Positions 1 through 10,166 of a DNA stretch of 64,000 nt are shown here, in pieces (positions within the stretch are counted from its first letter, which is position 1; the number at the start of each line of letters is the position of its first letter). Made by a program: the position numbers and the translations under genes. The notes beneath the pieces were generated by a model. That model worked only from the letters and a program-made list of their open reading frames with translations, did not search any database and was not told where the DNA came from. Location of the stretch: contig UQFN01000001.1 of assembly GCA_900540365.1 (NCBI GenBank), positions 15,944 through 79,943 of the forward strand, given 5' to 3'. Origin of the DNA: an uncultured Mollicutes bacterium. Its GTDB lineage: Bacteria > Bacillota_I > Bacilli_A > RFN20 > CAG-826.

Positions 1-288
1 AGTTGATCCGGTTGTAAATGATTTAGTAACTTTATCAATTAAATCATCATAACTTCCTTGATAAGTGTCATATAAATTAGCAATGTGAACTTCAACACCT
101 TCTTTCTCAAGTACTAATTTTTCAAATTTTCTGGCCATGCTATCAATACGGCTATAAATATCTTTTCCGAAGGTATGCCAGAAATAAATAGTATTATCTG
201 TATTGTTACTACCTCCACAAGAAGTGCTTGCCATTGATATTAATGCACAGCCAAGTACACCAAGTAACGTAAGTTTTTTATTTTTCAT
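1..288 (-). CDS. ABC transporter substrate-binding lipoprotein (N-terminal part; gene truncated at window edge)
   Basis: Minus-strand ATG at 286-288. The translation starts MKNKKLTLLGVLGCALISMASTSCGG..., a signal peptide with a lipobox-like STSC, and continues to the window edge. It sits directly downstream of another solute-binding gene in the same operon. Confidence 0.6.
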   Translation of the reverse strand, partial: MKNKKLTLLGVLGCALISMASTSCGGSNNTDNTIYFWHTFGKDIYSRIDSMARKFEKLVLEKEGVEVHIANLYDTYQGSYDDLIDKVTKSFTTGST

Positions 289-311
289 ATCAAAACCTCA
301 TTTAATAATCA

Positions 312-1760
312 TTAAATAATAGCAATTGATGCGTTTGTATAAGCTGTTTGGAAAATATTATCAATATCTTGTTGTGTTTTTTCTGGAGTTAATGCAACTG
401 TAACAATACCACCAACTTGTGTTCTACATTCATTTGATCCTTTAAATGCAGGTGATGTGTAATAATAATCAGACATTGTGCCAACAAAGTTAGCAATACG
501 AGCATTTAATAAATCTAGTGAAGCAGGTGTTTGTAATGTTTCGTCGTAAAGATCAGTATAAATTTCATCTTCATAAATCGATTGTCTAATTGGCATGTAG
601 TTTGCAGTTGTTGACCAGTCTAAACAATTTTCATAACTAATTGTATGTTTGTAGAATAACCAAGCAGCAAGTTGACGATTTGTATCCCATTTACCACTAC
701 TATCTTTATGTCTTAAAATAGAAACACTTGGACCTTGAAGGATAACTTTTGGATCACGACCTTCAGCATGAGGAATCTTAAAGACACCAACATCAGCACC
801 ATCACTATATTGATAACTACTTCCAGCAGTACTACCAACACTAAATAAAACTTTATTTTGTGTAAAGAATGCATTACTTCTATCACCAGAAGCACCAGCT
901 GATGTAATATATCTTAATTTTGAATAACCATTCCATTTATACATTAAATCTTTCATATTTTGGTTATTAAATAGTGCTTTACCTTGTCCATTTTCAATAG
1001 CGGTATAATCATATCCATATTGCTCTGCAAGAGTAATAAATAAGTTATCATCACTATCATAAGACATAATGTAATAATCGCCATCTTTTGTATTTAATAA
1101 ATTTGCACCATCAGGAGTTTTAATATAATCCATAATTGCAGGACATAATTTACCAAAAAATTCTTCCCAAGTTAAACTATTTAAATATGTTTCATTAATT
1201 GGGTTGCCATTATTAATTCCTTCAAGCGTAGTACCTAAAACTCTTGTTTTATTATAATAAACGACTTCAGTTGATTTTGAGAAAGGTAAAGAATAAGTTC
1301 CTTCGAGTGTATATTTTTGTCCTTCAGCCATAAATGTAGGAATTAAATCTTTTTTATCTTCAGCAGTTAAACCATAAGTTTCGTTGTTCATATATGGATC
1401 AAGATTAAAAGCATAACCATAGTTAATAAAATCAGCAACAGCATCTGGATAAACCATAACGATATCGCCATAATCACCAGTTGTAAAACCTGTAATTGTA
1501 TTATTAGCAATGTCTTGATAACTACCACTAACAATATCAAGGGTTACTGTAACATTTGGTTCAATTTTTTTGAAATCTTCAATCATACGATTAAGAGCAG
1601 CTTGATTTTGTTTTCCTGCCGTTGTCTTAAATAAGATTTCAGTTGGTGTAGTAATAATTCCTTTATCTGAAACAACTGGTTCATCTCCTCCCTTACATGA
1701 AACCATTAATAATGAAGCACATAAAGGTGCAAATAATAATAAACTTTTTTTAATATTCAT
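312..1760 (-). CDS. sugar ABC transporter substrate-binding lipoprotein (extracellular solute-binding family 1-like)
   Basis: 482-aa ORF with a lipoprotein signal (MNIKKSLLLFAPLCASLLMVSCKGG). It lies in an operon with two permeases and a MalK-like ATPase. TAA stop. Confidence 0.75.
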   Translation of the reverse strand: MNIKKSLLLFAPLCASLLMVSCKGGDEPVVSDKGIITTPTEILFKTTAGKQNQAALNRMIEDFKKIEPNVTVTLDIVSGSYQDIANNTITGFTTGDYGDIVMVYPDAVADFINYGYAFNLDPYMNNETYGLTAEDKKDLIPTFMAEGQKYTLEGTYSLPFSKSTEVVYYNKTRVLGTTLEGINNGNPINETYLNSLTWEEFFGKLCPAIMDYIKTPDGANLLNTKDGDYYIMSYDSDDNLFITLAEQYGYDYTAIENGQGKALFNNQNMKDLMYKWNGYSKLRYITSAGASGDRSNAFFTQNKVLFSVGSTAGSSYQYSDGADVGVFKIPHAEGRDPKVILQGPSVSILRHKDSSGKWDTNRQLAAWLFYKHTISYENCLDWSTTANYMPIRQSIYEDEIYTDLYDETLQTPASLDLLNARIANFVGTMSDYYYTSPAFKGSNECRTQVGGIVTVALTPEKTQQDIDNIFQTAYTNASIAII

Positions 1761-1781
1761 AAGTATCCTCCAAAAAGTAAA

Positions 1782-2764
1782 TTAACCTTTTATACCAGCA
1801 CGGCCAACGCCACGCATAATATATTTTCTAAAGAAAACGAACAATAAGAATAATGGAACAGTAACAACGACTGTTGCTGCCATTTGATATCCATATTGAG
1901 TAAGACCTAAATCAGGATCAGTAAATGTACTACCTCTTAAACCATTAGAAATTAATCTAAATTCATCTTTACTAGTAACTAAGTTAGGCCAGACATAAGA
2001 ATTCCATGTTCCCATAAATTTTAAAATAGTAATGGAGATTAAAGTTGGTGCTGCAAGAGGAACCATAACTCTTAATAAATAAGAGAAATCACTCTTCCAT
2101 CAACTTTAGCTGCTAAATAAAGTTCATTAGGAATTTGTTTGAAATTTTGTCTTAATAAATAAATGTAATAAACACTTACCCAGAAAGGTACAATCATTGC
2201 AAGATATGCGTCAGTTAAAGTTTGATCTGCTCCAATCCAGCCAAAACTTGCAACAGTGATGTAGTTAGAAATAACCATCATTTCACCAGGAATCATCATT
2301 GTCATAAGGAAAATAGCAAATAATTGTTCTCTTCCTTTAAAGTTAAGACGCGAAAATGCAAAGGCTGCAAATATTGTAGTAATTAACGTACCAAGAGTTG
2401 AGAAAATCGCAACAACAATTGTATTCCACATATAAGTTGAGAATTTAAATACTTGGAAAACATAAACATAGTTGCTCCACATAACAACACTTGGGAAGAA
2501 AGTTTGTTCAATTGCTTGAATCTCAGTATTTGTTTTTAAAGAAGTAATAATCATCCAATAAAATGGAAGAATCATAATTAATGCTAAGAATGTAATTAAG
2601 ATATAAGTAATAACTGTTGAGATACTGGTAGTAACTTTCTCTCTTTTTCTTAAAGATTCAACACTCTTATTTCCTTCTTTAATAACAAGAGTTATTTCTT
2701 GACCCTCTAAAGGTTCTTCTAAGAAGTTAACATAATTACGTTTTTGAATTGATGTTTGTTCCAT
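1782..2764 (-). pseudogene. MalG/UgpE-type ABC sugar permease, frameshifted
   Basis: Two ORF pieces (2764->2072 and 2066->1782). The first ends ...LAAKVDGRVISLIY*. A -1 frame gives ...DG KSDFSYLLRVMVPLAAPTLISITILKFMGTWNSYVWP, the classic EAA-loop continuation, so a single-nucleotide frameshift lies near 2075-2095. Confidence 0.75.
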
Positions 2765-2778
2765 AAATTATTAACCTC

Positions 2779-3873
2779 CTAATAATTCACTCTCTTCTTA
2801 CTTAACCAAAGTTGTAAGAAAGTGAAAACTAAAATAATTACAAATAATATAACTGCAGCTGCAGCAGCTCTACTTGTCGCACTGCTTAAGTTATCATAAA
2901 TGTAATAAACCATCGTATACATATCTTTTTCAGTTGAAGTTTTTCCTAATGTTCCTGGACCATTGAATAAACCAACGATAGCTGTATACTCTTTAAACGC
3001 CCCAATAAACGAAGTAACCATCAGATATAATATTTGTGGTGAAAGTGATGGAACAGTAATTTTTGTTAATACTTTCCATTGTGGAGCAGCATCAATTTTA
3101 GCTGCTTGATAATATTGCTTATCAATATTTTGAAGTCCACTTAACAAAATTAAAATCTTGAATGGTAAACTACCCCAAATAATATATAGACAAAGTGGAA
3201 TCATCGCAATTTCACGAGTTGCACCAATAACCCACTTCATGTCCGAATTAAATATATAGTTAATTAAACCATTTTGATCAAACAAAACACTAAATACCAT
3301 ACCAACAGCAATGGTATTAGTAACATAAGGTAAAAAGAATACCGTTTGATAAACTTTTTGTAACCATTTTATCTTGTTTAGTAAAACACTTATCATTAAA
3401 GCAATAAAAATTGAAACAGGAACTGTTACAAAAACAATAATAAAAGTATTTGGAATTGCATACTTAACAAACATTGTTTCTCTAACGCCAGGTTCAATTT
3501 CTTTTAAGCCTAAAACAAATAAGAAATTATCAAAGGTAAATCCAGTAGATCCACCATTGATATAGTTGTAATTTTCCATAAAGGCAATAGCAATTGTATT
3601 AATTAAAGGATAAATTAAGAAAACTGCCATTAAAATTAAGACTGGTGCAAGATATAACCAAGCTTTCCAGTTATTATTCTTTTCTTGGTCTAAAACTCCT
3701 CCAACCTTGTAGTTTTTGTTTACTTTTTTTCTTGAAACAATATTAACTACAACATTATTGTCGTTTAGACCTTCTTTCAAATCGCCATAAGAAGAATCAA
3801 AATAAACATCATTGCTATTTACTGATTCAACTACTGGCTCTTTTTTAATAGGTCTAAGTTTCATAAAATTCAC
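2779..3873 (-). CDS. MalF/UgpA-type ABC sugar permease with N-terminal extension
   Basis: 364-aa ORF with multiple TM segments and an EAA-like region (LSGLQNIDKQYYQAAKIDAA). It lies between the ATPase and the MalG-like permease. Confidence 0.75.
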   Translation of the reverse strand: MNFMKLRPIKKEPVVESVNSNDVYFDSSYGDLKEGLNDNNVVVNIVSRKKVNKNYKVGGVLDQEKNNNWKAWLYLAPVLILMAVFLIYPLINTIAIAFMENYNYINGGSTGFTFDNFLFVLGLKEIEPGVRETMFVKYAIPNTFIIVFVTVPVSIFIALMISVLLNKIKWLQKVYQTVFFLPYVTNTIAVGMVFSVLFDQNGLINYIFNSDMKWVIGATREIAMIPLCLYIIWGSLPFKILILLSGLQNIDKQYYQAAKIDAAPQWKVLTKITVPSLSPQILYLMVTSFIGAFKEYTAIVGLFNGPGTLGKTSTEKDMYTMVYYIYDNLSSATSRAAAAAVILFVIILVFTFLQLWLSKKRVNY

Positions 3874-3881
3874 CTTTTATT

Positions 3882-5786
3882 TTATTTTGCTCTAAGACGT
3901 TCTTGAGTTTCTGCATCAAAAACAAACATCTTATGAGATTTGACTCTTAATTTAATATTTCCCATTAAATTAGATTCTTCGTTAGAAATAATTACTCTAA
4001 ATGTTGGTTCTAAACATCCTTTATTTTTACCAATTAAAGAAATATCTCTTCCTAAAACTTGAATTTGTTCAATTTCACAAGTTAATCCTTCTTCACTATC
4101 TTTATTAGCTAATGCAAAACCTTCAGGTCTAATTCCGATAAATACTTTTTGATCTTCATAACCTTTATAATCTTTAGAATTAACAAGAGAATCTCCAATA
4201 TAAACTTTTCCATCTTTAATTTCACCATTGAAGACGTTAATTTGAGGTGTACCTAAGAATTGAGCAACGAACAAGTTAACTGGATCATTGTAAACATTTT
4301 GAGGTGAATCAATTTGTTGTTGAACACCGTTTTTCATAACAAGAATTTCATCACTAATTGACATAGCTTCTTCTTGGTCGTGAGTAACGAAAACTGTTGT
4401 GATTCCGGTTTCTTTTTGAATTCTTCTAATTTCTTCACGAGTTTGAAGTCTAAGCCTAGCATCTAAGTTACTTAAAGGTTCATCAAGAAGTAAGACTTTT
4501 GGTTTTTTAACTAAGGCTCTAGCGATAGCAACTCTTTGTTGTTGACCACCACTAAGTTGAGATGGCTTTCTTTGTAAGTAATCTTCAATTTGAACAAGTT
4601 TTGCAACTTCATAAACAATATCTCTTCTTTCGATAGCATTCAATTTACGATATGCAACTGCTCCAATAACTTTTTCATCTTTATCTTTTAAAGTGAAGTG
4701 TGAATTAATTAATTTATTAAATTCTTCAAGTTTTTCTTTAGTTAATTTTTTAACTTTGAAGAAAATACGTGTTTTTCCGTTATCATCGTAAACTTTGAAT
4801 TCTTTTACATTGTTTTTAAATTCTCCAAGGCACCCTTTAAATTGTTTTTCAACTGCTTTAACATGCACTGTAGAAATTTTTAATTCAGGAACTATATGAT
4901 AATTTTCTTCAAAAGCTTTTTGAGCTCCTTTAAGAGTAACTAAATCTGTGTCATTAAAATCAACTAAGACATAGTTATCATTACGATCAACATATTCTCT
5001 TATAGCTTTAAATTTAAGATGATTTGCTTTAAACAACGCTTTAATCGCTTGCAATTCACTATCGGTTTTATTTTCTTGCTTAAAGTTAATAGCAAAAAAT
5101 CCGCGGCAAATCTTATTTTCATCTTCAACATCAATGCCATATTTATAAACGCCATCAAATAAAGCTTCGCTTGATTGTTTTTTATTAATAGTTTTTGTTG
5201 CTGGATTAATAATTTTAGGGAAATTTAACTCGAAAATTTCCTCATTTTTTTCACTTGTATTTCTCAATACAATTGTTAAAGTTAATAATCCATCTACTAA
5301 AGTATTAGTCACACTACATTTTCTTTTATTTAAACCAATTTTTGAAATTAATGTTGCGATTGATCTTAAAATACCTTCTAATGAATCGTCCGAAGTCATT
5401 TGATAAGTATAAGTAATTTCAAAATCATAAAATGTTACAAGTGGAACTTCAATTTTTAAATTTGTTAATGGGAATTCAACATTCTTAAAAATTGTCATGT
5501 GAGGATAAAGAGCGTAGTTTTGGAAAACTAGACCAATTCCTCTTTTTTCTGGTGATAAATTAGTTACTTCTTCTTCACCGAACCAAACTTCTCCTGAAGT
5601 TGGAATTTGAAGACCAGAAATCATATAAAGTGTTGTTGATTTACCACATCCACTAGGTCCTAATAAACCAACAAGTTTTCCATCAGGTACTGTTAAATTC
5701 AATTCACTAACAGCAACAGTATCTTTAATGTGCTTTTTTGGATTTCCTGGGAAGATTTTTGTTAATCCTTTAAGTTTAATTTCCAT
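3882..5786 (-). CDS. MalK/UgpC/MsmX-type sugar ABC ATP-binding protein with ~270-aa internal insertion
   Basis: Walker A (GPSGCGKST), Q-loop region, then a long insert before the ABC signature (LSGGQQQRVAIARA), Walker B (LLLDEPLSNLD) and H-loop (VTHD). At 634 aa it is about 370 aa longer than typical MalK, as in Mollicutes sugar ABC ATPases. Confidence 0.85.
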   Translation of the reverse strand: MEIKLKGLTKIFPGNPKKHIKDTVAVSELNLTVPDGKLVGLLGPSGCGKSTTLYMISGLQIPTSGEVWFGEEEVTNLSPEKRGIGLVFQNYALYPHMTIFKNVEFPLTNLKIEVPLVTFYDFEITYTYQMTSDDSLEGILRSIATLISKIGLNKRKCSVTNTLVDGLLTLTIVLRNTSEKNEEIFELNFPKIINPATKTINKKQSSEALFDGVYKYGIDVEDENKICRGFFAINFKQENKTDSELQAIKALFKANHLKFKAIREYVDRNDNYVLVDFNDTDLVTLKGAQKAFEENYHIVPELKISTVHVKAVEKQFKGCLGEFKNNVKEFKVYDDNGKTRIFFKVKKLTKEKLEEFNKLINSHFTLKDKDEKVIGAVAYRKLNAIERRDIVYEVAKLVQIEDYLQRKPSQLSGGQQQRVAIARALVKKPKVLLLDEPLSNLDARLRLQTREEIRRIQKETGITTVFVTHDQEEAMSISDEILVMKNGVQQQIDSPQNVYNDPVNLFVAQFLGTPQINVFNGEIKDGKVYIGDSLVNSKDYKGYEDQKVFIGIRPEGFALANKDSEEGLTCEIEQIQVLGRDISLIGKNKGCLEPTFRVIISNEESNLMGNIKLRVKSHKMFVFDAETQERLRAK

Positions 5787-5789
5787 ATT

Positions 5790-7409
5790 TTATTCTCCTT
5801 TAGATGGAGATGAAATTATTAAGGTACCATCTTCCATCACATTTTTATTTATTTTTAATCTTTCGTTACGTTTTAAATCACGAAGATTTTTAAATTGTAT
5901 TGCAAAGTATCTAATAAAGTAGCCAACTAAAATAATTGAGGCAATTCCACCGACAACGATTATTATGTCTAGTGGATTATACACAGGTAAAGTATTTTTT
6001 AATAAACTTAATCTAAAGGCAATTGCTTCAAATGTTACTAATAAAGTACCTAATGTAATTAAACCCATTGTATTGGTTTTAAAATATTGTTTTGGTATCA
6101 TTCTCTTGAATTCATCGTCTTTATTTTTATTTTTTAAGTAGAAGAATACAAATACACTAATTGCTTCATATAATAAAACAAAACCTGCAGCGCTAAGTCC
6201 CATTGCTAAATTTAAATCTACCAAATAAGAACTTGTTACTTTAGGTTTTATTATTTCGCCATTAGTTGCAACTAAATCAAGCATTCCAACAGTTGCAGAT
6301 GAAAATCTTGCGCCATAACTACTTGATCTAACACTACCATTAGTTTTACTACTAAATATATCAGCATAAACGTAGAAGGATTTAATTTCAAAATTGCTTA
6401 TACGTTTTGCATCAACACCATTTAATAAAATTTCTAATACTCCGTTATTAGTGACATTGAAGTATGATTCAATTGAATTAAAAACAACTGGTTCTTCTTC
6501 GTTCTCATAATAAACATAATATTCAGTTAAACTGTTAAGATTAACTCTAGTTCTAATATAAGAAACTCCACTAGCTATATCATCTTCATTTTGATTGTAA
6601 ATTCTTCTAATGCTAGCACTTATATTAGAATAATAATCCTCAGTTAATTTATTAATGACATTGACGTTAATTGATACATAATCACTGAAAACAGAAGTCC
6701 CAACATATTCAAAATCTACAAAATCTTCTAAACTTCTAACTGTTGATGCCGCAGTAGGTGTAGCAATTGCATATAAAGGAATTAAATTTCCTTGTTCATC
6801 ACGAACTACACTATATTTACCATTTTCATCACGTTTTGAAGCAAAAATATTAATTACTTCAAAAGAATCTTTTAATATTTCTTCTCCAGGATTAAGTGCG
6901 ATGTCACAGTTTGTAGTAAAGCTTGTTTGACCGATTGATCCAAGACCATCATAAGCAGCATTTTTATTAATACGATTGATTGCTTGACAACGTTCTTCAG
7001 TTGTTCCTTCAATTGTTTTGACATTATAAATTAATGATGCTTTTCTTTCGTTTGGATCTGTCAAACTATCACCATATCCTATATAAAACGCAAGATTTGG
7101 TTCAGCTTGTCCTTCAGCGCTTAATGCAAATCTTAAATCAACGGATGCAGAAGTTTCAGTTGTTGTAATTGAAGTTATTGAAATTTCAACACGATCTTCC
7201 AATTCTCCTTTTTCAACATCTGACAAATCCTGAACATGAGCAAATTTTGCTTGTACCTGTGTTCCCTCATTATAAAAACCTATCTCATTAGAAGAGAAAT
7301 TGTGGTTAAATATCATACCCATTATGGCTAATAATGAAACAGTCGAGAACAAAAACATTCTTCTTATATTCATATATAAAATTATACATACTGAGTAAAT
7401 CGATTTCAA
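5790..7409 (-). CDS. hypothetical membrane-anchored protein (N-terminal TM, C-terminal polytopic region)
   Basis: 539-aa ORF co-directional with and immediately upstream of the ABC ATPase. No recognisable motif. The start is probably at an internal Met (MFLFSTVSLLAIMG). Confidence 0.5.
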   Translation of the reverse strand: MKSIYSVCIILYMNIRRMFLFSTVSLLAIMGMIFNHNFSSNEIGFYNEGTQVQAKFAHVQDLSDVEKGELEDRVEISITSITTTETSASVDLRFALSAEGQAEPNLAFYIGYGDSLTDPNERKASLIYNVKTIEGTTEERCQAINRINKNAAYDGLGSIGQTSFTTNCDIALNPGEEILKDSFEVINIFASKRDENGKYSVVRDEQGNLIPLYAIATPTAASTVRSLEDFVDFEYVGTSVFSDYVSINVNVINKLTEDYYSNISASIRRIYNQNEDDIASGVSYIRTRVNLNSLTEYYVYYENEEEPVVFNSIESYFNVTNNGVLEILLNGVDAKRISNFEIKSFYVYADIFSSKTNGSVRSSSYGARFSSATVGMLDLVATNGEIIKPKVTSSYLVDLNLAMGLSAAGFVLLYEAISVFVFFYLKNKNKDDEFKRMIPKQYFKTNTMGLITLGTLLVTFEAIAFRLSLLKNTLPVYNPLDIIIVVGGIASIILVGYFIRYFAIQFKNLRDLKRNERLKINKNVMEDGTLIISSPSKGE

Positions 7410-7452
7410 CGATTATTATATATGTATTTACTATGTAAATATAATATAATTC

Positions 7453-8478
7453 TTACTTCAATTTGAAGTTTTTAACGTCATATTTTGATTCTTTTACACT
7501 GAAAATTTCGTCTTTTGAATAATAAATTTTGCTACTTTCTACATCAACTTCTTCGATACCTAACATGTAATCATGGAATGTTTGTTTCTTCTTACTAAAG
7601 GCCATTAAAGAGAAAGAAACAAAAAGTGGAACACCAAAAGTAACTAAGCTAAGCAAAATTTCTAAGAAGAAAAAAATAACAAATCTTAAAGTAAATAATG
7701 GTACGCTTACTGATAAAACGTTTTTATTAACAAGCCCAATTTTGAACAAAAACCTTCCCAAAGTTGCTTTATTTCTTAAAAAACATAAAGGTATTATATA
7801 ATATATAACAACACATCCTAAAAATAAGCTTAAAGGGATTTCTAAAAATAGTAATAAGTCTGAAAAGTATTTTTCGATAGTATAAACATTTGGAACATAT
7901 GTAACAAAATACCCAAGTGCTTGTTCATCAAAATATTTTCCATAAGCATTTTCCACGTATAATTTAGAAGGGATTTTAGCATCAATATTTTTAACTATTT
8001 TCCCGCTTTCTTCATCAATGATAAAATATGGATTATTTTCATAAACTAAAGATGAATCTAATAAAAAGTTATTATATTGTTCGATTACTGCATTATAAGT
8101 TTCTTCACCACTTACTTCAAATAAATACTCATGAAAAGTATCAAGAGCTTGTTCTAGACGAAGTTCTTTTGCTCCATAAGAAAGATTTGATGAAATATTT
8201 AAATAAGTCATTAAATCTTGATAACGCCCAGCTTCATCATTATATAAATATAGTCCAGATTGTATTTTTTTATCATTTAATTCATCATTGTATGCTTTAA
8301 ATTTTGGAGTATTAACAACAATTTCACGGATACAAATAAAAATGCCTAAAGCAACAAGAGCAAAAATTAAAGCATCAAAAACAATACACGAAACTCTCTT
8401 CCAAAAAGTTGGACGATAATATGCAATTTCTTTCTTTTCCTTTTCTACTTCAACTTGAGTAACATTTTCAGAAGTCAT
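7453..8478 (-). CDS. hypothetical membrane protein
   Basis: 341-aa ORF with an N-terminal TM and several C-terminal TM helices. It overlaps the upstream ORF by 11 nt, so it is operonic. Confidence 0.5.
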   Translation of the reverse strand: MTSENVTQVEVEKEKKEIAYYRPTFWKRVSCIVFDALIFALVALGIFICIREIVVNTPKFKAYNDELNDKKIQSGLYLYNDEAGRYQDLMTYLNISSNLSYGAKELRLEQALDTFHEYLFEVSGEETYNAVIEQYNNFLLDSSLVYENNPYFIIDEESGKIVKNIDAKIPSKLYVENAYGKYFDEQALGYFVTYVPNVYTIEKYFSDLLLFLEIPLSLFLGCVVIYYIIPLCFLRNKATLGRFLFKIGLVNKNVLSVSVPLFTLRFVIFFFLEILLSLVTFGVPLFVSFSLMAFSKKKQTFHDYMLGIEEVDVESSKIYYSKDEIFSVKESKYDVKNFKLK

Positions 8479-9592
8479 AACCTTTTTCCTTGTAATAATT
8501 ATCTATTGTTTCTGTATCACAACAAAGTGAATTTGTAGCAAGTTCTTTTAAAGATTGACCATATTTTGAAAAACACATAATAAATAGTTCAATAATTGCA
8601 AATACTAAACTAACAAATGAAACAGGATAAAGTAAATTTAATAAAAACAAATCACTAAAACCAAATGAAATAATTGGAATTAGAAACAAAATTAATAATC
8701 CATTTAATGAATTAAATAAGCCTTCAACGACGACAAATCGTTTTTTTAAATAATTAAGTGAAGGATTATCAACATGTTCAACTTTTAAAATCATTTCAGA
8801 ACAAGTGCGCCCTTTTTTATTTAATAAAGGTACTAAAAAATATAAAATAGCTATTCCAATTCCAAAGCTTATATAGGCTCCAATTGTGGCTACATTTCGA
8901 TAATACGTATCAAATTCAGCTATTTTATTAGAAAGTTCGTTATAAGATAAAGTAATTTGTGAATTAGTTGGATATAAATCGTTTTTTATAATATCTTTCA
9001 TGACATTGCTATATAAGCTTAAAAAACAATTTTCTTTAAAAAGTTCAAGTTCAGTCAAACCATCACTACTTAATTCATCACCTTCAACAAAATAAGGAGA
9101 AAGTAAATCAATGTATTCTTTTTTAAAGGCATAAGTACCTATTGAAGTATAAGAATTTAAATCAAAATACTTTCCTCCAAAATTTTTATATAAATCGTTT
9201 ATATATGTTACATCTTCTCCTCTTAAATCAACAAAATAATGAAAAATAACTTCGTTTTGCAGGGTTTTATCATCAAAAACATAGAATTTTAAAAATTGTG
9301 TAGCAGTATAGTCGAGATTATTTTGAAATTCATATTTACTTTCTTTTTCATAAAAAAGTAACTTATTATCATAAAGGATTTCATTTCTACTTCTAGAATA
9401 TGTATCAGCTTGACTAACTGTATTTGTATAGTTTGCTGCAAGTTTAACTAATGGATTTACAACAATTTCAAAAAGAAAAACACAACTTATAAAAAGAATT
9501 AATAAATCACTAAAAAATACTAAGATTCGTCTTGAATTTTTTGTAGGATAAATATCAATAACTTTTTTTTGAACTTCTTCCATTTGTTCCAT
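8468..9592 (-). CDS. hypothetical membrane protein
   Basis: 374-aa ORF with hydrophobic N- and C-terminal segments. It is first in a co-directional run ending in the ABC importer. Confidence 0.5.
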   Translation of the reverse strand: MEQMEEVQKKVIDIYPTKNSRRILVFFSDLLILFISCVFLFEIVVNPLVKLAANYTNTVSQADTYSRSRNEILYDNKLLFYEKESKYEFQNNLDYTATQFLKFYVFDDKTLQNEVIFHYFVDLRGEDVTYINDLYKNFGGKYFDLNSYTSIGTYAFKKEYIDLLSPYFVEGDELSSDGLTELELFKENCFLSLYSNVMKDIIKNDLYPTNSQITLSYNELSNKIAEFDTYYRNVATIGAYISFGIGIAILYFLVPLLNKKGRTCSEMILKVEHVDNPSLNYLKKRFVVVEGLFNSLNGLLILFLIPIISFGFSDLFLLNLLYPVSFVSLVFAIIELFIMCFSKYGQSLKELATNSLCCDTETIDNYYKEKGYDF

Positions 9593-9625
9593 TTTTTAAT
9601 TATATAAAGAAATACATCAAATGTG

Positions 9626-10132
9626 CTATTTATTTTTGACTAAAAAATCAGCAATATCATTATCTAAATAGAGGTAATTTGATAATTTATTATCATTAAT
9701 AAAATATAAAGATGGTGTCCCATATATATAACATTCTTGAGTTGTTGTTGCTCCAATCATTTCTTTTACATATTTGTTAGCATCACTATAACCATAAATG
9801 CTCCCTTTAAAATATGTTAAATCGCTAGGGGAAAGATCAGTTGCTTGTTGCCATTCATATAAATATAATTTGTATTCAAGTCTATTAATTTTATAACTAT
9901 CTAAATAATCTAATAAAGCTCCTTTAATATCTATACAACTTCCACATGCTCTACGAAAAATATATACGCAATATTTGTCTTCTTCTTTATTAAACATTTC
10001 ATCTTGAATTTCCTTTATATAAAATTCTTGATAATCTTCGTATTTTCTATTTAAATGGTCAGTATAATCAGCGCTTGCACAAGCTGTAAGTAAAAAACCA
10101 CAAACAAACAATAATACTGCTAATTTCTTCAT
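9626..10132 (-). CDS. thioredoxin-fold lipoprotein (thiol-disulfide oxidoreductase-like)
   Basis: Signal peptide with lipobox (LLTAC). A CxxC motif lies in a thioredoxin-like context (YCVYIFRRACGSCIDIK) and there is a cis-Pro-like TPSLYF. The RBS AAGGAGG lies 7 nt upstream, directly after the P-type ATPase stop. Confidence 0.6.
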   Translation of the reverse strand: MKKLAVLLFVCGFLLTACASADYTDHLNRKYEDYQEFYIKEIQDEMFNKEEDKYCVYIFRRACGSCIDIKGALLDYLDSYKINRLEYKLYLYEWQQATDLSPSDLTYFKGSIYGYSDANKYVKEMIGATTTQECYIYGTPSLYFINDNKLSNYLYLDNDIADFLVKNK

Positions 10133-10166
10133 TTTTTACCTCCTTATATACAAGACGCTTGCAAAA

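Noticed and set aside
713-895. Small ORFs embedded in or antisense to large genes
   Set aside because: The main examples are 713-895, 3374-3565, 5728-5922, 8028-8300, 12403-12585, 16986-17207, 17651-17896, 23767-23973, 26225-26413, 37840-38112, 38937-39152, 39677-39859, 43978-44211, 44735-44923, 45019-45204, 47897-48082, 51232-51462, 52213-52512, 52876-53184, 53494-53748, 54314-54511, 56541-56810, 59529-59783, 59947-60141, 60057-60290 and 63808-63999. They have low-complexity AT-codon compositions, lie wholly inside well-supported genes on the opposite strand or in alternative frames, and have no RBS.
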